64,000 nt of DNA, taken from the NCBI GenBank assembly GCA_002269645.1, contig NIVC01001131.1, positions 140,979 to 204,978 on the forward strand. The letters are read 5' to 3'. The notes under the pieces were generated by a model, which saw only the letters and a program-made list of their open reading frames with translations, had not been told where the DNA came from and ran no database searches. Shown here piece by piece: positions 21,501 through 29,408 of this stretch. Position 1 is the first letter of the stretch, and each line of letters opens with the position of its first letter. Position numbers and translations under genes: made by a program. The stretch is from Macrostomum lignano. Lineage: Eukaryota.

Positions 21501-24500
21501 CTGCCCTACACTAAACTTGGGTCCGTGCTGTTTGTGAAACTCTTGTTTTAATGCCTGATAGCCGCCATAGCTGCCCGGTCTACTGCAGTCAAAATAAATA
21601 CCTGGCAGAATTTTGGAAATTGCCTTTTTCTTTTTCATTTTACCAAATTTCTAGTACCTATCATTTTCTTATGCCAAACACCTGGCTTGAAAAAAAAACT
21701 ACCCACTCCCACCCATTTCTGCGGATTTAGCGTTTCTAGCCTCTGTTGTGCACGAAAAATCATGCATTTTTGCATAAAATACATACATTTCAATGGGAAT
21801 TTTTACCCGAATGTGTGCACGAAAAACCTCGACACTTTGCATACTTTTTAACACTGTGCACGAAAACTTGCATACTTGTGCACAAGATACATGTATTTCA
21901 ATAGGGATTTTTACTCGAACCTGTGCATGAAAATTGACGCATGTTGTCAAAAAAGTCACGTCATATTGCGCACTTTTAATCACTGTGCACGAAAACTTAC
22001 ATACTCGTGTACAAAATACATACATTTCAATGAGAATTTTAACCCAGAGATGTGCACAAAAATGACTCATTATGGTAAAAATACTAATGTGAAAGAACAA
22101 TTTTCTCTCCTGCAGTGTATCAAATATCATTAAGTAAAGGATGGATTTATTATTATTCAAAATATAGTATATTCGCATTAAATTCACATGCATATAGTTA
22201 AAAATTAAAGATATGTGAAAAGAATGTTATTGTGAGAAAAAGAGCTTGCTAGTGTCCAGATCGCACTGGCCGACACTGGCTTGTCATCTTGAGAACGTGC
22301 ACCAGAACTAAATCCCGGTTGAAAATCTTCTGGTCGCGGAATGCTGACTTGGCCACAGGCTTTGAATTGACCAGTCGGTAGCTCACTTGCTTGCGAACAT
22401 TCTCGATGGTCTACAGGGAGTTGTTTAGCGGCCCGTTGTCTTTCTTGAACTCATTCTTGGCCTTTTGCACGACGCTCCATGCGGTAGATAATAAACAGCG
22501 GTCGACACGTCAACACACCGAGTGGTCCTGATTTCCCAGCAACTGGCATTGCGTAGGTACTTCTCTATCCGGTTGAGGATAGTCTGCATGTCGTCAGAGA
22601 AGTATTGCTCCTCCTCACTCCGAATAAGAGAGTGGACCTTGGCAGCAAACCAGGCGGTGTTCTCGGCGGCGCAGCGGCCATTAATGATGCGCTGCGTCAG
22701 GACCCCGAGGCGCAGCTGAACCTTGATGGCGGTTCCTGGCTGAAGTTGATGCTGGGTGATCAAGTCAATGAAAGCTTGACGAGTGCTTTCCAACAAATTC
22801 CTCGGGTCGCCGCATGCACTGGCCCGGTAAAGTCGGGACCTGCCATTAAACGCCTCCTTGATCAGTTGAAAATGAATCGTTGGGGAGTCATCTGACTCAA
22901 ACAGTGCTGGTATCGCAGGGCATACCGCATAGTGCTCCTCAATGCCCCCGGTTACTGATGACTCGCAGAAGTCGCAAGTTATTTGCATTTTTGTTGTATG
23001 TTAAATTTGATATAAAATAAAAAAATCTATGGGGTCTACTGAGTCCCGCGTGCTTTGTTTATAAAGGGTACTGGACCCCGGCTCCTGCGGGTTGTGTTGA
23101 CCAACCAAATCGTGCATCAGGGACCACTCGACCAATAGAATTCCTTCTCGACCAATAGAATTCTTTCCCCACATTATACTCGGAAATCACTTCAAATGCT
23201 TGCTCGACCAATAGAATCCCTTCCCCTCTCTACTCGGAAATTCCAAGCAATTGGACCCTCTACCCGTTGACCGATCACATTGAAACTCTGTGTTGCGTGT
23301 CACCACATGCGGTAGAGGATACTCAACAATGGACACTCATTCACATCTCAAAACTCACCCTTGAACACTCACTTAACTCACCCTTGGACACTCAACAGAC
23401 ACTCAGCTGCCCAACCCGTCATCTGGCCTGCTCAACCGGCCTGCCCGACCCCACCCTTGGCCTGATTGACCCCCTCATTCGGCCTGCCCGACCCCACCTC
23501 TGTGCCTGCTCGACCCTACTTCTAGGCTTGCTCGACCCCACTCCTGGGCTTGCCCGACCCCAACCTGGGCTTGCCCGACCCCTTTCTCCGGCCTCCGGTA
23601 TGGGATGGTGTGCTGGACAGAAAGGGGCCTTGGTATGGGATGGGGTGCAGGACAGGAGGGGGCCCGGTTTGGGGTCGGAGGTAGGTGCGGCGGTGGTGGA
23701 TTTGGGGTCGGGTGGGCGTCTTTGGGGGCCCGGTTTGGGGTCGGGGTGGGTGCGTGGTGGTAGTGGGTTTGGGGTTGGGATTGGGTGCGTGGCGGTGGTG
23801 GGTTTGGGGGTCTGGATTGGGTGCGTGGCGGTGTTGGGTTTGGGTCGGGGTGGGTTTGGGGTCGGGGTGGGTTTGGCGTCGGGGTGGGCGTCTTCGGGGG
23901 CGCCGTCTCCCCTCATTGGCCGGGTGCCCCGGCCAATCCCGTGCGATGGCGGTAGAGGGTACCACTTTCCTACTACTAACATGAAATGAGCACAACTTTT
24001 AGAGAATAAGTATAGGATTGAATCTTCGAGTATATATGTATTTGATGCAAAATGAGAATCATTACTCTTCATAGTTTATCATTTCAACGAGTTGCTTTCT
24101 AAGATTTGTCGTCTATTTGAAACAGTAGACACCCGCAATAATCTTTTTAGCGAAATTCCGATCCGCAGTTGCTCAACATCAGTAGACAGACATTTAGGCA
24201 TCTGTGGATACGCTTTTGACCGCAACTTTGCCGTATTCAATGGCGAACATGGTAAAAAGTGCCTTGACATCCCGAGCGACAAATCTGCAGAAGGCGCTTG
24301 GATGCACGTTTTCTTGAGAGGGTCGGCCCTTGTAAAGCACGTCAAGCTCTTCAACCGGATGGACAAATGCTGTAAAAATAGTCTGAACCACTTTACTCTT
24401 TACATTAGTTACTATAAATGCGCAGAACACATTGATGCAAATCCATTTGTTACGAAAATCTTTAATTGCATGCGGTTCGGCCATCACGTGAAAGTGGTCT

Positions 24501-25134
24501 CGGTACCCGGTGCGGGCCTACATCTGTGCCAATTGCAGATTTTCGGCTACTTAACATTGCTGCGTCCGACTGAGCTACAAAGTGAGTTCTGCTTTACAAG
24601 TAGCTCGTGTTTTGCATGTGTCGCAGAGTATGGTGCGGATCCACAACTGGACTCTTGGGGCTTGGGGAAAAGCGCCCTTACAGGGTAGAGACCTCTTACA
24701 GAAAAGTGTCAACTTATTTAAGGTTGACCAGTCTAACTGCGGTCTCAGTGATGGCAAACAAGCGCAGACATTTACATTTATTCAGTATTTAATTAATTAA
24801 GTAAAACAAAGTTTTTATTTGTTATTTTATGATATCCAAACTAACTTCCCAATCAGAATATCTAGGGTGCTACAAGGACAATCCAAAGCAGCCGGACCTT
24901 GAGCAATTGGTATCGCTAACGTTTATGTCGATTTCAAAATGCCATAGGATGTGTAAACGCCTAAACAAGCTCTATTTTGGACTGCAAAATGGTCGACTGT
25001 GCTATTGCGGCAACAAGTTTGGCAGATATGGCGAATCAAAGGAACCGCAAGCCTGCGATAAACGGTGCATCTATAGCAAGTCCAAACGGTGCGGCGGTCA
25101 CTATCAGAATAGCGTCTACGAGATTATTCTGTAA
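12591..25134 (+). CDS. Lectin gene G1 (5' exons not found in window): F-type lectin-fold domain x2 + WSC domain; exons 12591-12877, 24151-24581, 24857-25134
   Basis: Exon ends in LCEVEVYG then GC|GTAAGT (phase 2). Phase-2 acceptor tttttag|C at 24151. NRMDKCC and LCQLQIFG in the second FTP domain. Phase-1 intron to the WSC exon (YLGCYKD...C..C...YFGLQNG..CYCGN...CGG...VY). Structure matches the complete paralog G3. Confidence 0.8.
14372..14728 (+). repeat. Left terminal inverted repeat of the Polinton, with C-rich internal tandem repeats
   Basis: Reverse complement of 23624-23977. Shared internal blocks gcacctacctccgaccccaaaccgggcccc and cctcctgtcctgcaccccatcccataccaaggcccc. Confidence 0.92.
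15047..15253 (+). promoter_or_regulatory. Putative Pol II promoter of the PC4-like gene: duplicated ~60-bp block with ATTGG boxes plus TATA
   Basis: ggattcggggttcggattggttattgctatggagc occurs twice (ATTGG at 15074 and 15196). TATATAA at 15247-15253, ~50 nt upstream of ATG 15303. Confidence 0.5.
15303..15950 (+). CDS. PC4/Sub1-like (transcriptional coactivator p15, ssDNA-binding) domain protein with ~150-aa Trp/Pro-rich C-terminal extension
   Basis: ISIRKWY...EYRPGLPGMELTIHQFCHL...LEEFARK aligns by eye with PC4 IDIREYW...EMKPGRKGISLNPEQWSQL...IDDAVRK. First ATG at 15303. AATAAA at ~16230. Confidence 0.7.
   Translation: MNFKTLSNRFRIGVRSHSKCISIRKWYKFAEEYRPGLPGMELTIHQFCHLGSLKERLEEFARKCIDAQCLPGGNRQVVVQNGVITLWRLPTVLGPPVHLRHALPLPTTLWREVWAQKQWVLDKIDKREPPVEPPIGNPWWMGYHPTEPEECAAWAARLTLDQLMQVPDRQPAEWDHHWEAFQVVQAEFRKRFTFETLEEPPKLRRTYSLHSTSHQ
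16423..17022 (-). CDS. Divergent TATA-box-binding-protein (TBP)-fold protein, 199 aa, two pseudo-repeats, no N-terminal tail
   Basis: Repeat 1: TNIV..ADL...TALVYPTGQVSVCGAKSMEEA. Repeat 2: TYEPEMFNGL...LILFHSYRCIIAGAR. Compare TBP NIV.T..L, TALIF.SGK.V.TGAKSEE, SYEPELFPGL, LLIF.SGK.V.TGAK. AATAAA on the minus strand at 16304-16309. Confidence 0.88.
   Translation of the reverse strand: MVATIRVTNIVTGADLATRVGLPQLANFLTLHLPQYHTIRHRLVHPRTLAVVMKSGQHRVTALVYPTGQVSVCGAKSMEEALAETENIVRLCADFLRLTSLPQICIKTITSVTAFSAGRHPLRLGEVKSKWPHRATYEPEMFNGLVLKFNASVKLILFHSYRCIIAGARSVVEAQTAADALSRILHADQASEPTLLDSD
17314..17514 (-). CDS. Small hypothetical Polinton ORF (66 aa)
   Basis: ATG overlaps the TGA of the upstream gene (ATGA, 17514-17511), as in the rest of the cluster. 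No recognised domain. Confidence 0.4.
   Translation of the reverse strand: MIVNDFEGFPHLYKTEDFVIKKLHGLSLHAVKRRLITIATDRRTALSSLIEDSDEPATGSPISGTV
17511..18090 (-). pseudogene. Conserved Polinton-type hypothetical protein, split over three frames by two frameshifts
   Basis: MILVPRLQYEAL start. Later GVSVNGKPLYNSK[fs]IVDLLHF...QPPNGINEFVTCLQENHVPLSAVG resembles the G..I.GSNI.DL...P.GW..F...L...NVP...IG pattern I recall from Polinton ORFs. Second frameshift lies in an A4 run at ~17765. Confidence 0.6.
18062..18394 (-). CDS. Conserved Polinton-type basic hypothetical protein (110 aa)
   Basis: RRCILTYANKSTICCLVECIINLLAGKV...LKRRLRRYRNTLRLVA resembles the R..IL..A....I..ICEC..N.L.G...L....K.KL...K..LR.L pattern I recall next to Polinton ATPases. 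Confidence 0.65.
   Translation of the reverse strand: MNKHIALITVFCEGTISLRRCILTYANKSTICCLVECIINLLAGKVGCEDSLKRRLRRYRNTLRLVAQSKSVKKARRNLSHPHILRCLPLILTCIKRHVQGNDTGTPVAV
18425..19084 (-). CDS. A32-like (FtsK/HerA superfamily) genome-packaging ATPase
   Basis: Walker A GTSRAGKST, Walker B LIVIDD, then HHKPCFVILITQNLF, RTISINCTYMVLFNNPRD and YLLLDFHP. Probable ATG at 19084. Confidence 0.93.
   Translation of the reverse strand: MQSYSDSKISCKVFDSRLRMGSCMMVSGTSRAGKSTFCLRLLSQRLLLFDQPPKRMIWYHGCPQPELHATLRRLGVQVCEGLSNLDLQPHDLIVIDDLLDEAAASRELRHLFTGEAHHKPCFVILITQNLFFKDREWRTISINCTYMVLFNNPRDTSAVQALSQQCFPKRRTLLVELMDRLVRDGDQRYLLLDFHPASPHELRLRANFLPDEAPQRVYL
19041..19514 (-). CDS. Adenain-like cysteine protease (capsid maturation)
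   Basis: GHWIA, EIFNSLG, WNTGPVEPSSSTLCGWYCIFY; 157 aa; located between MCP and ATPase. Confidence 0.85.
   Translation of the reverse strand: MNSEELEAFISRCPTSVRNAYCGIFTVGTVTPFFDSTCRPCCFILYEPWNDECGHWIAGVVTSKVHCEIFNSLGGLSKNMKSWLKKTKPTRMVLQWNTGPVEPSSSTLCGWYCIFYLIHRLHKRMSYNALFIKVLHPAAVAQNDAIILRLKNQLQGV
19511..20781 (-). CDS. Double jelly-roll major capsid protein, one frameshift at ~19815
   Basis: PIEF...DYTDL, SLFRDVTVKLN, YPYRA, GPLFSDIF, LLNQISLQVKL, QLPKFVLLGMV..AFNG...NPFWF, then in a second frame AFDLSP, G.LRLDIRF..AL, MEITKERDVLLDY. Adding one G to GGG gives an open ITGAAIEPQQQHSSEFLQF junction. Confidence 0.9.
20781..21044 (-). pseudogene. Small Lys-rich putative core/DNA-condensing protein with one in-frame TGA (20955-20957)
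   Basis: MDIRQVTEFYRGSCFKLPHGHG...*LPPE...QQKHKKTPKIKPKKSKPVPTKKRKISYKTVNRVLDSLS*. Its TAA overlaps the MCP ATG (TAATG). Confidence 0.5.
21026..21638 (-). pseudogene. Retroviral-like (RVE) Polinton integrase, spliced and C-terminally truncated; exon 21638-21501, intron 21500-21395, exon from 21394
   Basis: Spliced product MKKKKAISKILPGIYFDCSRPGSYGGYQAL...GQ|VKTWLQDQDVYALH...DQWELDLVEM...YILCCIDVLSKFAW...RTDRGKEF. The first two acidic residues of DDE are present; the ER.NRT region with the catalytic E is absent. Confidence 0.88.
21699..22193 (-). other. AT-rich triplicated ~110-130 bp repeat that stays open as a 164-aa ORF
   Basis: Three copies of VKI(L/P)IE..V....V.(K/D)FSCT spaced 43 and 36 codons apart; DNA unit contains tgtgcacgaaaa. 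Confidence 0.4.
22249..22988 (-). pseudogene. Protein-primed family B DNA polymerase remnant: N-terminal region joined to a degenerate motif-B fragment
   Basis: 22988-22470 encodes CxxC..H..C and IEKYLRNASCWEI...VDV...Y..PHGAS (compare the Polinton pPolB N-terminal IE.Y...GSGW...GSSY). A shifted frame from ~22467 reads KAKNEFKKDNGPLNNSL*TIENVRKQ..RLVN...KIFNRDLV (compare KNDFEKDF.KLMNNS.FGKT.ENVRK). Exonuclease, motif A and DTDS are absent. Confidence 0.8.
23058..23212 (-). promoter_or_regulatory. Putative Pol II promoter driving the minus-strand gene cluster
   Basis: TTTATAAA at 23058-23065, ~70 nt before the pPolB ATG. Three ctcgaCCAATagaat copies at 23132, 23152 and 23208. Confidence 0.5.
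23624..23977 (-). repeat. Right terminal inverted repeat of the Polinton
   Basis: Ends ...ccactttcctactact; G-rich mirror of 14372-14728. Confidence 0.92.
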
Positions 25135-25990
25135 ATTAGCAGCTATAATTTTTTCCTCTATTTTTATTTTTGAGAGTGTGTCGGTCCTTAACAGAAGAGT
25201 ACCAAGCTAACATAGAGAGCCAATATAGCTAATAGCTAAGCTGAAGCACAAAATCCCAAATCCTCGGGCTTCTAATTTTCGACCATAAGCCAAATTATAC
25301 AACTAGAAATGATCGCATGGTTGCTGATTTATAATGAGTATATATATATATATATATGATTATGATACAATATACATATAATATATATGCGATTTGAAAG
25401 CAACTAGCTGTTTATGAACGTGCCACAGAGAATGGATTTCGGCTTCCGCTTTAATACTAGTAGCAGTATTGGCTCTCTATATGTTAGATCCCGATACTAT
25501 TTGTCCGGACAGTGATGTTTTATTTTTGAGGCAAAACATACCTGCAATTAATAACTCGAAACAGCTGTAGGTTAACAGAAAATTCTGTACTCTTATTAAT
25601 GGCATTTGCTTACTGGAGATTATAAGTGAGCGGTCATTTTTTATTTAAATTCTGTATTATTCACTGTCTTCCCACGGTGTCCCATGACCTGCCTCCATGT
25701 ACATTTATTTATAAAGTGCTCATTATCATTAAAACAAAAATAATTTGTGACTAAGCACTACAGTCAGTTAAATAAATTTCTTTCCTAAGAGTTTCTAACT
25801 GGGCAACACTTCGTAAATGTACTTTCATTTTTAGTAGTACATACTGTACGTCTGAATGTGACTTTGAAAGTACACAAAAACTTGGTGATCTCTCAGTTCT
25901 TTGTAAGGTTTTTAAAATAAATAAATTAAAACAAGATGTTATAGTTTCCTTTCTTTTTTATTCATAATAATATTAATAATAATTTATTAG

Positions 25991-26270
25991 ACCTGCCCTA
26001 ATAACCAGATGTGCAACCGACAGCTCAGCCGCAGCTATTGCGCGGCGCATCTGAAGGCTGCGTACGGCTGTTCAGTCCAAGAACTGGGGGGGGGGGCGCC
26101 CCACACACCCTCAATTACCCCAGCTAATGCTGGCACCCATTTTACAGCTGGGTGAACCGAAGCAATGCGGAGTTAAGTTTCTTGCCCAATGACAAATTGT
26201 TTCAGTGGGGATCGGGAATCGAATCGTGTTTAAGTCGTGAGTCCTACGCTCTAACCACTAGGCTACAACC
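25991..26270 (-). mobile_element. tRNA-derived SINE
   Basis: On the minus strand: A-box-like tagcctagtggtt and B-box-like ttcgattcc head, ttcacccagctgtaaaatgggtgcc core and a conserved 3' tail ending attagggcaggt. Six related copies in the window. Confidence 0.85.
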
Positions 26271-26761
26271 CCGTTTTATTGAAGAATTGTATAGTAATAC
26301 CGACAGGTGATCCAGTCGAAAAATTTAACAATTTTAAACCGTGTGTGAAGTACATCGATTAATTGTTAATTTTGAGTGCCGGCGTTCTATGTTCGAACAG
26401 ATTTATACTTCATTCTGAAATAGCTGCACTAGCTGGGAATTGTACAAATATGAAAATTCGACAACTCTGTAGGACACAAGGATTTTAGCCGAGTAAACAA
26501 TGAAAAAAGATTGCTAAAACGAATTAAAATGTTATTTAAAACTTTGCGGGTTTTTGGTTTTAACAGTTTAATCCACCCACTTGTATGTGAAAGTAAGAGG
26601 AGTTTTTTGGAGTTATCCAAGTAATGGACGGAGTTGTCATTGAATATATGGATATCTTCAATAACACCCAGATATTCAAACTCTAAAGAATTTATTAAAT
26701 TAGATTCAAAGGCTTGATACACTACCTTTTTAATGTCTTCGCAGCAGGAGACAGTCTTTAT

Positions 26762-27040
26762 GGTTGTAGCCTAGTGGTTAGAACGTCGGTCGGGAGTTCG
26801 ATTCTCTACCTACTCGGAACTACGAGTATTTGTCCCGAAGCAAGACACTCAACTCTGCATTGCTTCAGTTCACCCACCTGTAAAATGGGTGCCGGCATTT
26901 TCTGGGGTAATTGAAGGTAATTGAGCTATGTTGGCGACCCCTCCAGTCCTTGGACTGAACAGCCGTACGCAGCCTTCAGATGCGCCGCGCAAAAGCTGCG
27001 GCTGAGCTGTCGGTTGCAAACAATTTAATTAGGGCAGGTG
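26762..27040 (+). mobile_element. tRNA-derived SINE, same family, opposite orientation
   Basis: ggttgtagcctagtggttag...gttcgattc head; cttggactgaacagccgtacgcagccttcagatgcgccgcgc tail. Confidence 0.85.
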
Positions 27041-27268
27041 CATTATATTCAAATTTTAGTATATTATTGCATTTCTTAAATTAGTTATGGTTATTATTGG
27101 TCGTAATATTCTTTTATATATATATGTCTATGTCTATACCTATCAAAATGCTAACATTCATTTTAAAAATGCAAAAATTGCACACTAACTTTTTTAGACA
27201 GCTTTTTAGTTGTTTCACAAAAACATTAAGCCAAAACATTGAATTGTGCTAACTAAACAGTTAGTACA

Positions 27269-28601
27269 ATGCAAATGAAATGGCTTTCAAGTCTACCAGA
27301 TCGAAATTGCGTATTTCTGGCAGTGCTACTTCAGATTTTATTTTTAGCCGATGTTGCTGGAATACAACTCTTTAAAACTCGCCAAGTGATGTACCGCATG
27401 CTTGGATCCGACGATTTCAACGAAGGTGAGTAGCTAAAGCCATTGAGACTTAGTGCTCTGTTTAAGCAACCTATTGTGAGGATTAGCATCATTATCTAGA
27501 TATTACAGAATCTCGATGGTGAAAGCATCAAAACTATTCTCTTTGATCCAGTGCACTCCCAAACGTACATTTATTTGAAGTTTAGCTATTAGAGCTGCAA
27601 TTTACCTTGAATTGTTTACAGAACGCCTACACCTGGAGCGCTGTCGCCAGAGCTCTTCATCCGGGAACTGCAATCTGGCTATTGACGGAAGCATTGTTCA
27701 AGAATGGACTCAATGCGTCTCGACTGTACCTGAAATCAGTAGCTTTTGGAAGGTGAGTACAATTGCACTCATTGTTATTGCAATTATTGATAACCAAGGT
27801 TGATATAAATTCCAGCAAATGGCATCTCAGAAACTCCTCCCATTGAGCCATGGCATCTCAGAAATTCCCCATTGAGCCATGGCATCTCAGCAACTCCCCA
27901 ATGAGCCATGACATCTCAGCAACTCCCCCATCGAGCCATGGCATCTCAGCAACTCATCCATTGAGCCAATTAGCATCTCAGCAACTCCCCAATGAGCCAT
28001 GGCATCTCAGCAACTCACTCATTGAGCCATGGCATCTCAGCAACTCCCCAATGAGCCATGGCATCTCAGCAACTCCACATTGAGCCATGGCATCAGGCGC
28101 TGCTGCAGTAGTTCACCGCTCAAGGCCGCTAAGAAGAGGCCATATTGTTATCGTGAAGTTTCAAAGGGCCCTCGGGCTGGATAGAGAGGATTTTCGAGGT
28201 GGAGTTCACGGGTCTAGACAATAACTGGGCAAATAATTTACTCCCCACTTCACTTTTACTCGTGCAGTCTTTAGAGAACTGACACGTCAATAGTTATTAT
28301 TTGCTCCGCTTAAGGCCGAACTTGAGACGCCTTCTTACATCGCTCGAGTTGTCATTCACACGGCGAAGCTGCCAGACGAGGCGATGCTCAACGCCATGCA
28401 CGATTTTGGCATATACGCCGGCGACACCACCTGCTATCGGCACATTTCGTCACAGTCGTTCATCACTCGATCGTTTCCTTGCGACGCAATGGCAGACAGA
28501 ATTTTAATTCGAAGCTTCCGTGTCAACAGCATCATGTCATTGTGCGAAATCGAAGTCTATGGAAAGCCTCTGACTTTCCAAGGGTTGGATAGCGGAGAGG
28601 C
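27269..28601 (+). CDS. Lectin gene G2, 3'-truncated: signal peptide + first FTP domain (exons 27269-27425, 27622-27752, 28315-28601)
   Basis: GT-AG junctions with matching phases 1 and 0; near-identical to G4 exons 1-3. Ends at a phase-2 donor GC|GTGAGT with no downstream FTP2/WSC exons before G3. Confidence 0.75.
27815..28093. repeat. ~30-bp minisatellite (ttgagccatggcatctcagcaactcccc) in G2 intron 2
   Basis: Visible tandem copies; orthologous array at 45622-45942. Confidence 0.9.
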
Positions 28602-28669
28602 GTGAGTTAAAAACGAGCTTGATCATCTGTGGCTAAGGTGGTTAATTTAGGCGAGCTTGAGTCTTTAGA

Positions 28670-29408
28670 TTGGCATATTCAGAATGGCAGATTCAGAATA
28701 GCATATTCAGAATAGCAGATTTAGAATGGCAGATTCAGAATGGCAGATTCAGAATAGCATATTCAGAATAGCAGATTTAGAATGGCAGATTCAGAATGGG
28801 CAGATTCAGAATGGCAGATTTAGGGCATATTCAGAATGGCAGATTCAGAATAGGCAGATTCAGAATGGCAGATTCAAAATGGGCAGATTCAGAATGAGCA
28901 GATTTAGAATGGCAGATTCAGAATGGCAGATTTAGGGCAGATTCAGAATGGCAGATTCAGAATGGCAGGTTCAGAATGGCAGATTCAGAATGGCAGATTC
29001 ATAATTGGTAAGGTTCAGAATGTCAGATTCAGAATGGCAGATTCATAATTGGTAGGTTCAGAATGTCAGATTCAGAATGGCAGATTCAGAATGGGTAGGT
29101 TCAGAATGAGCAGGTTCAGAACGGGCAGGTTCAGAATGGCAGATTAGGAATGGGCAGATTCAGAATGGCAGATTGAGACTTAGAGATTCGGAATGGCAGA
29201 TTAGGAATGGCAGATTCAGAATGGCAGATTCAGAATGGGCAGGTTCAGAATGAGCAGGTTCAGAACGGGCAGGTTCAGAATGGCAGATTAGGAATGGGCA
29301 GGTTCAGAATGGCAGATTAGGAATGGGCAGATTCAGAATGGCAGATTAGGAATGGCAGATTCAGAATGGCAGATTAGGAATGGCAGATTTAGAATGGCAG
29401 ATTCAGAC
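28670..29408. repeat. 14-bp satellite (cagaatggcagatt)n
   Basis: Tandem copies with variants; also at 46521-46975. Confidence 0.93.

Larger units (their letters stand above)
14372..23977 (-). mobile_element. Polinton/Maverick (adintovirus-like) endogenous element, 9606 bp, internally deleted
   Basis: Both ends begin AGTAGTAGGAAAGTGG and the first 66 nt are perfectly inverted. 6-bp TSD aacata (14366-14371) / aacatg (23978-23983). Contains MCP, adenain-like protease, A32-like ATPase, integrase and pPolB remnants. Confidence 0.95.

Noticed and set aside
24582-24800. C-terminal extensions of the 198/235-aa lectin ORFs (also 41883-42100)
   Set aside because: They lie beyond a GTGAGT donor, inside the intron before the WSC exon.
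26190-26270. tRNA genes at SINE heads
   Set aside because: Only A/B-box-like remnants fused to SINE body; no complete cloverleaf.
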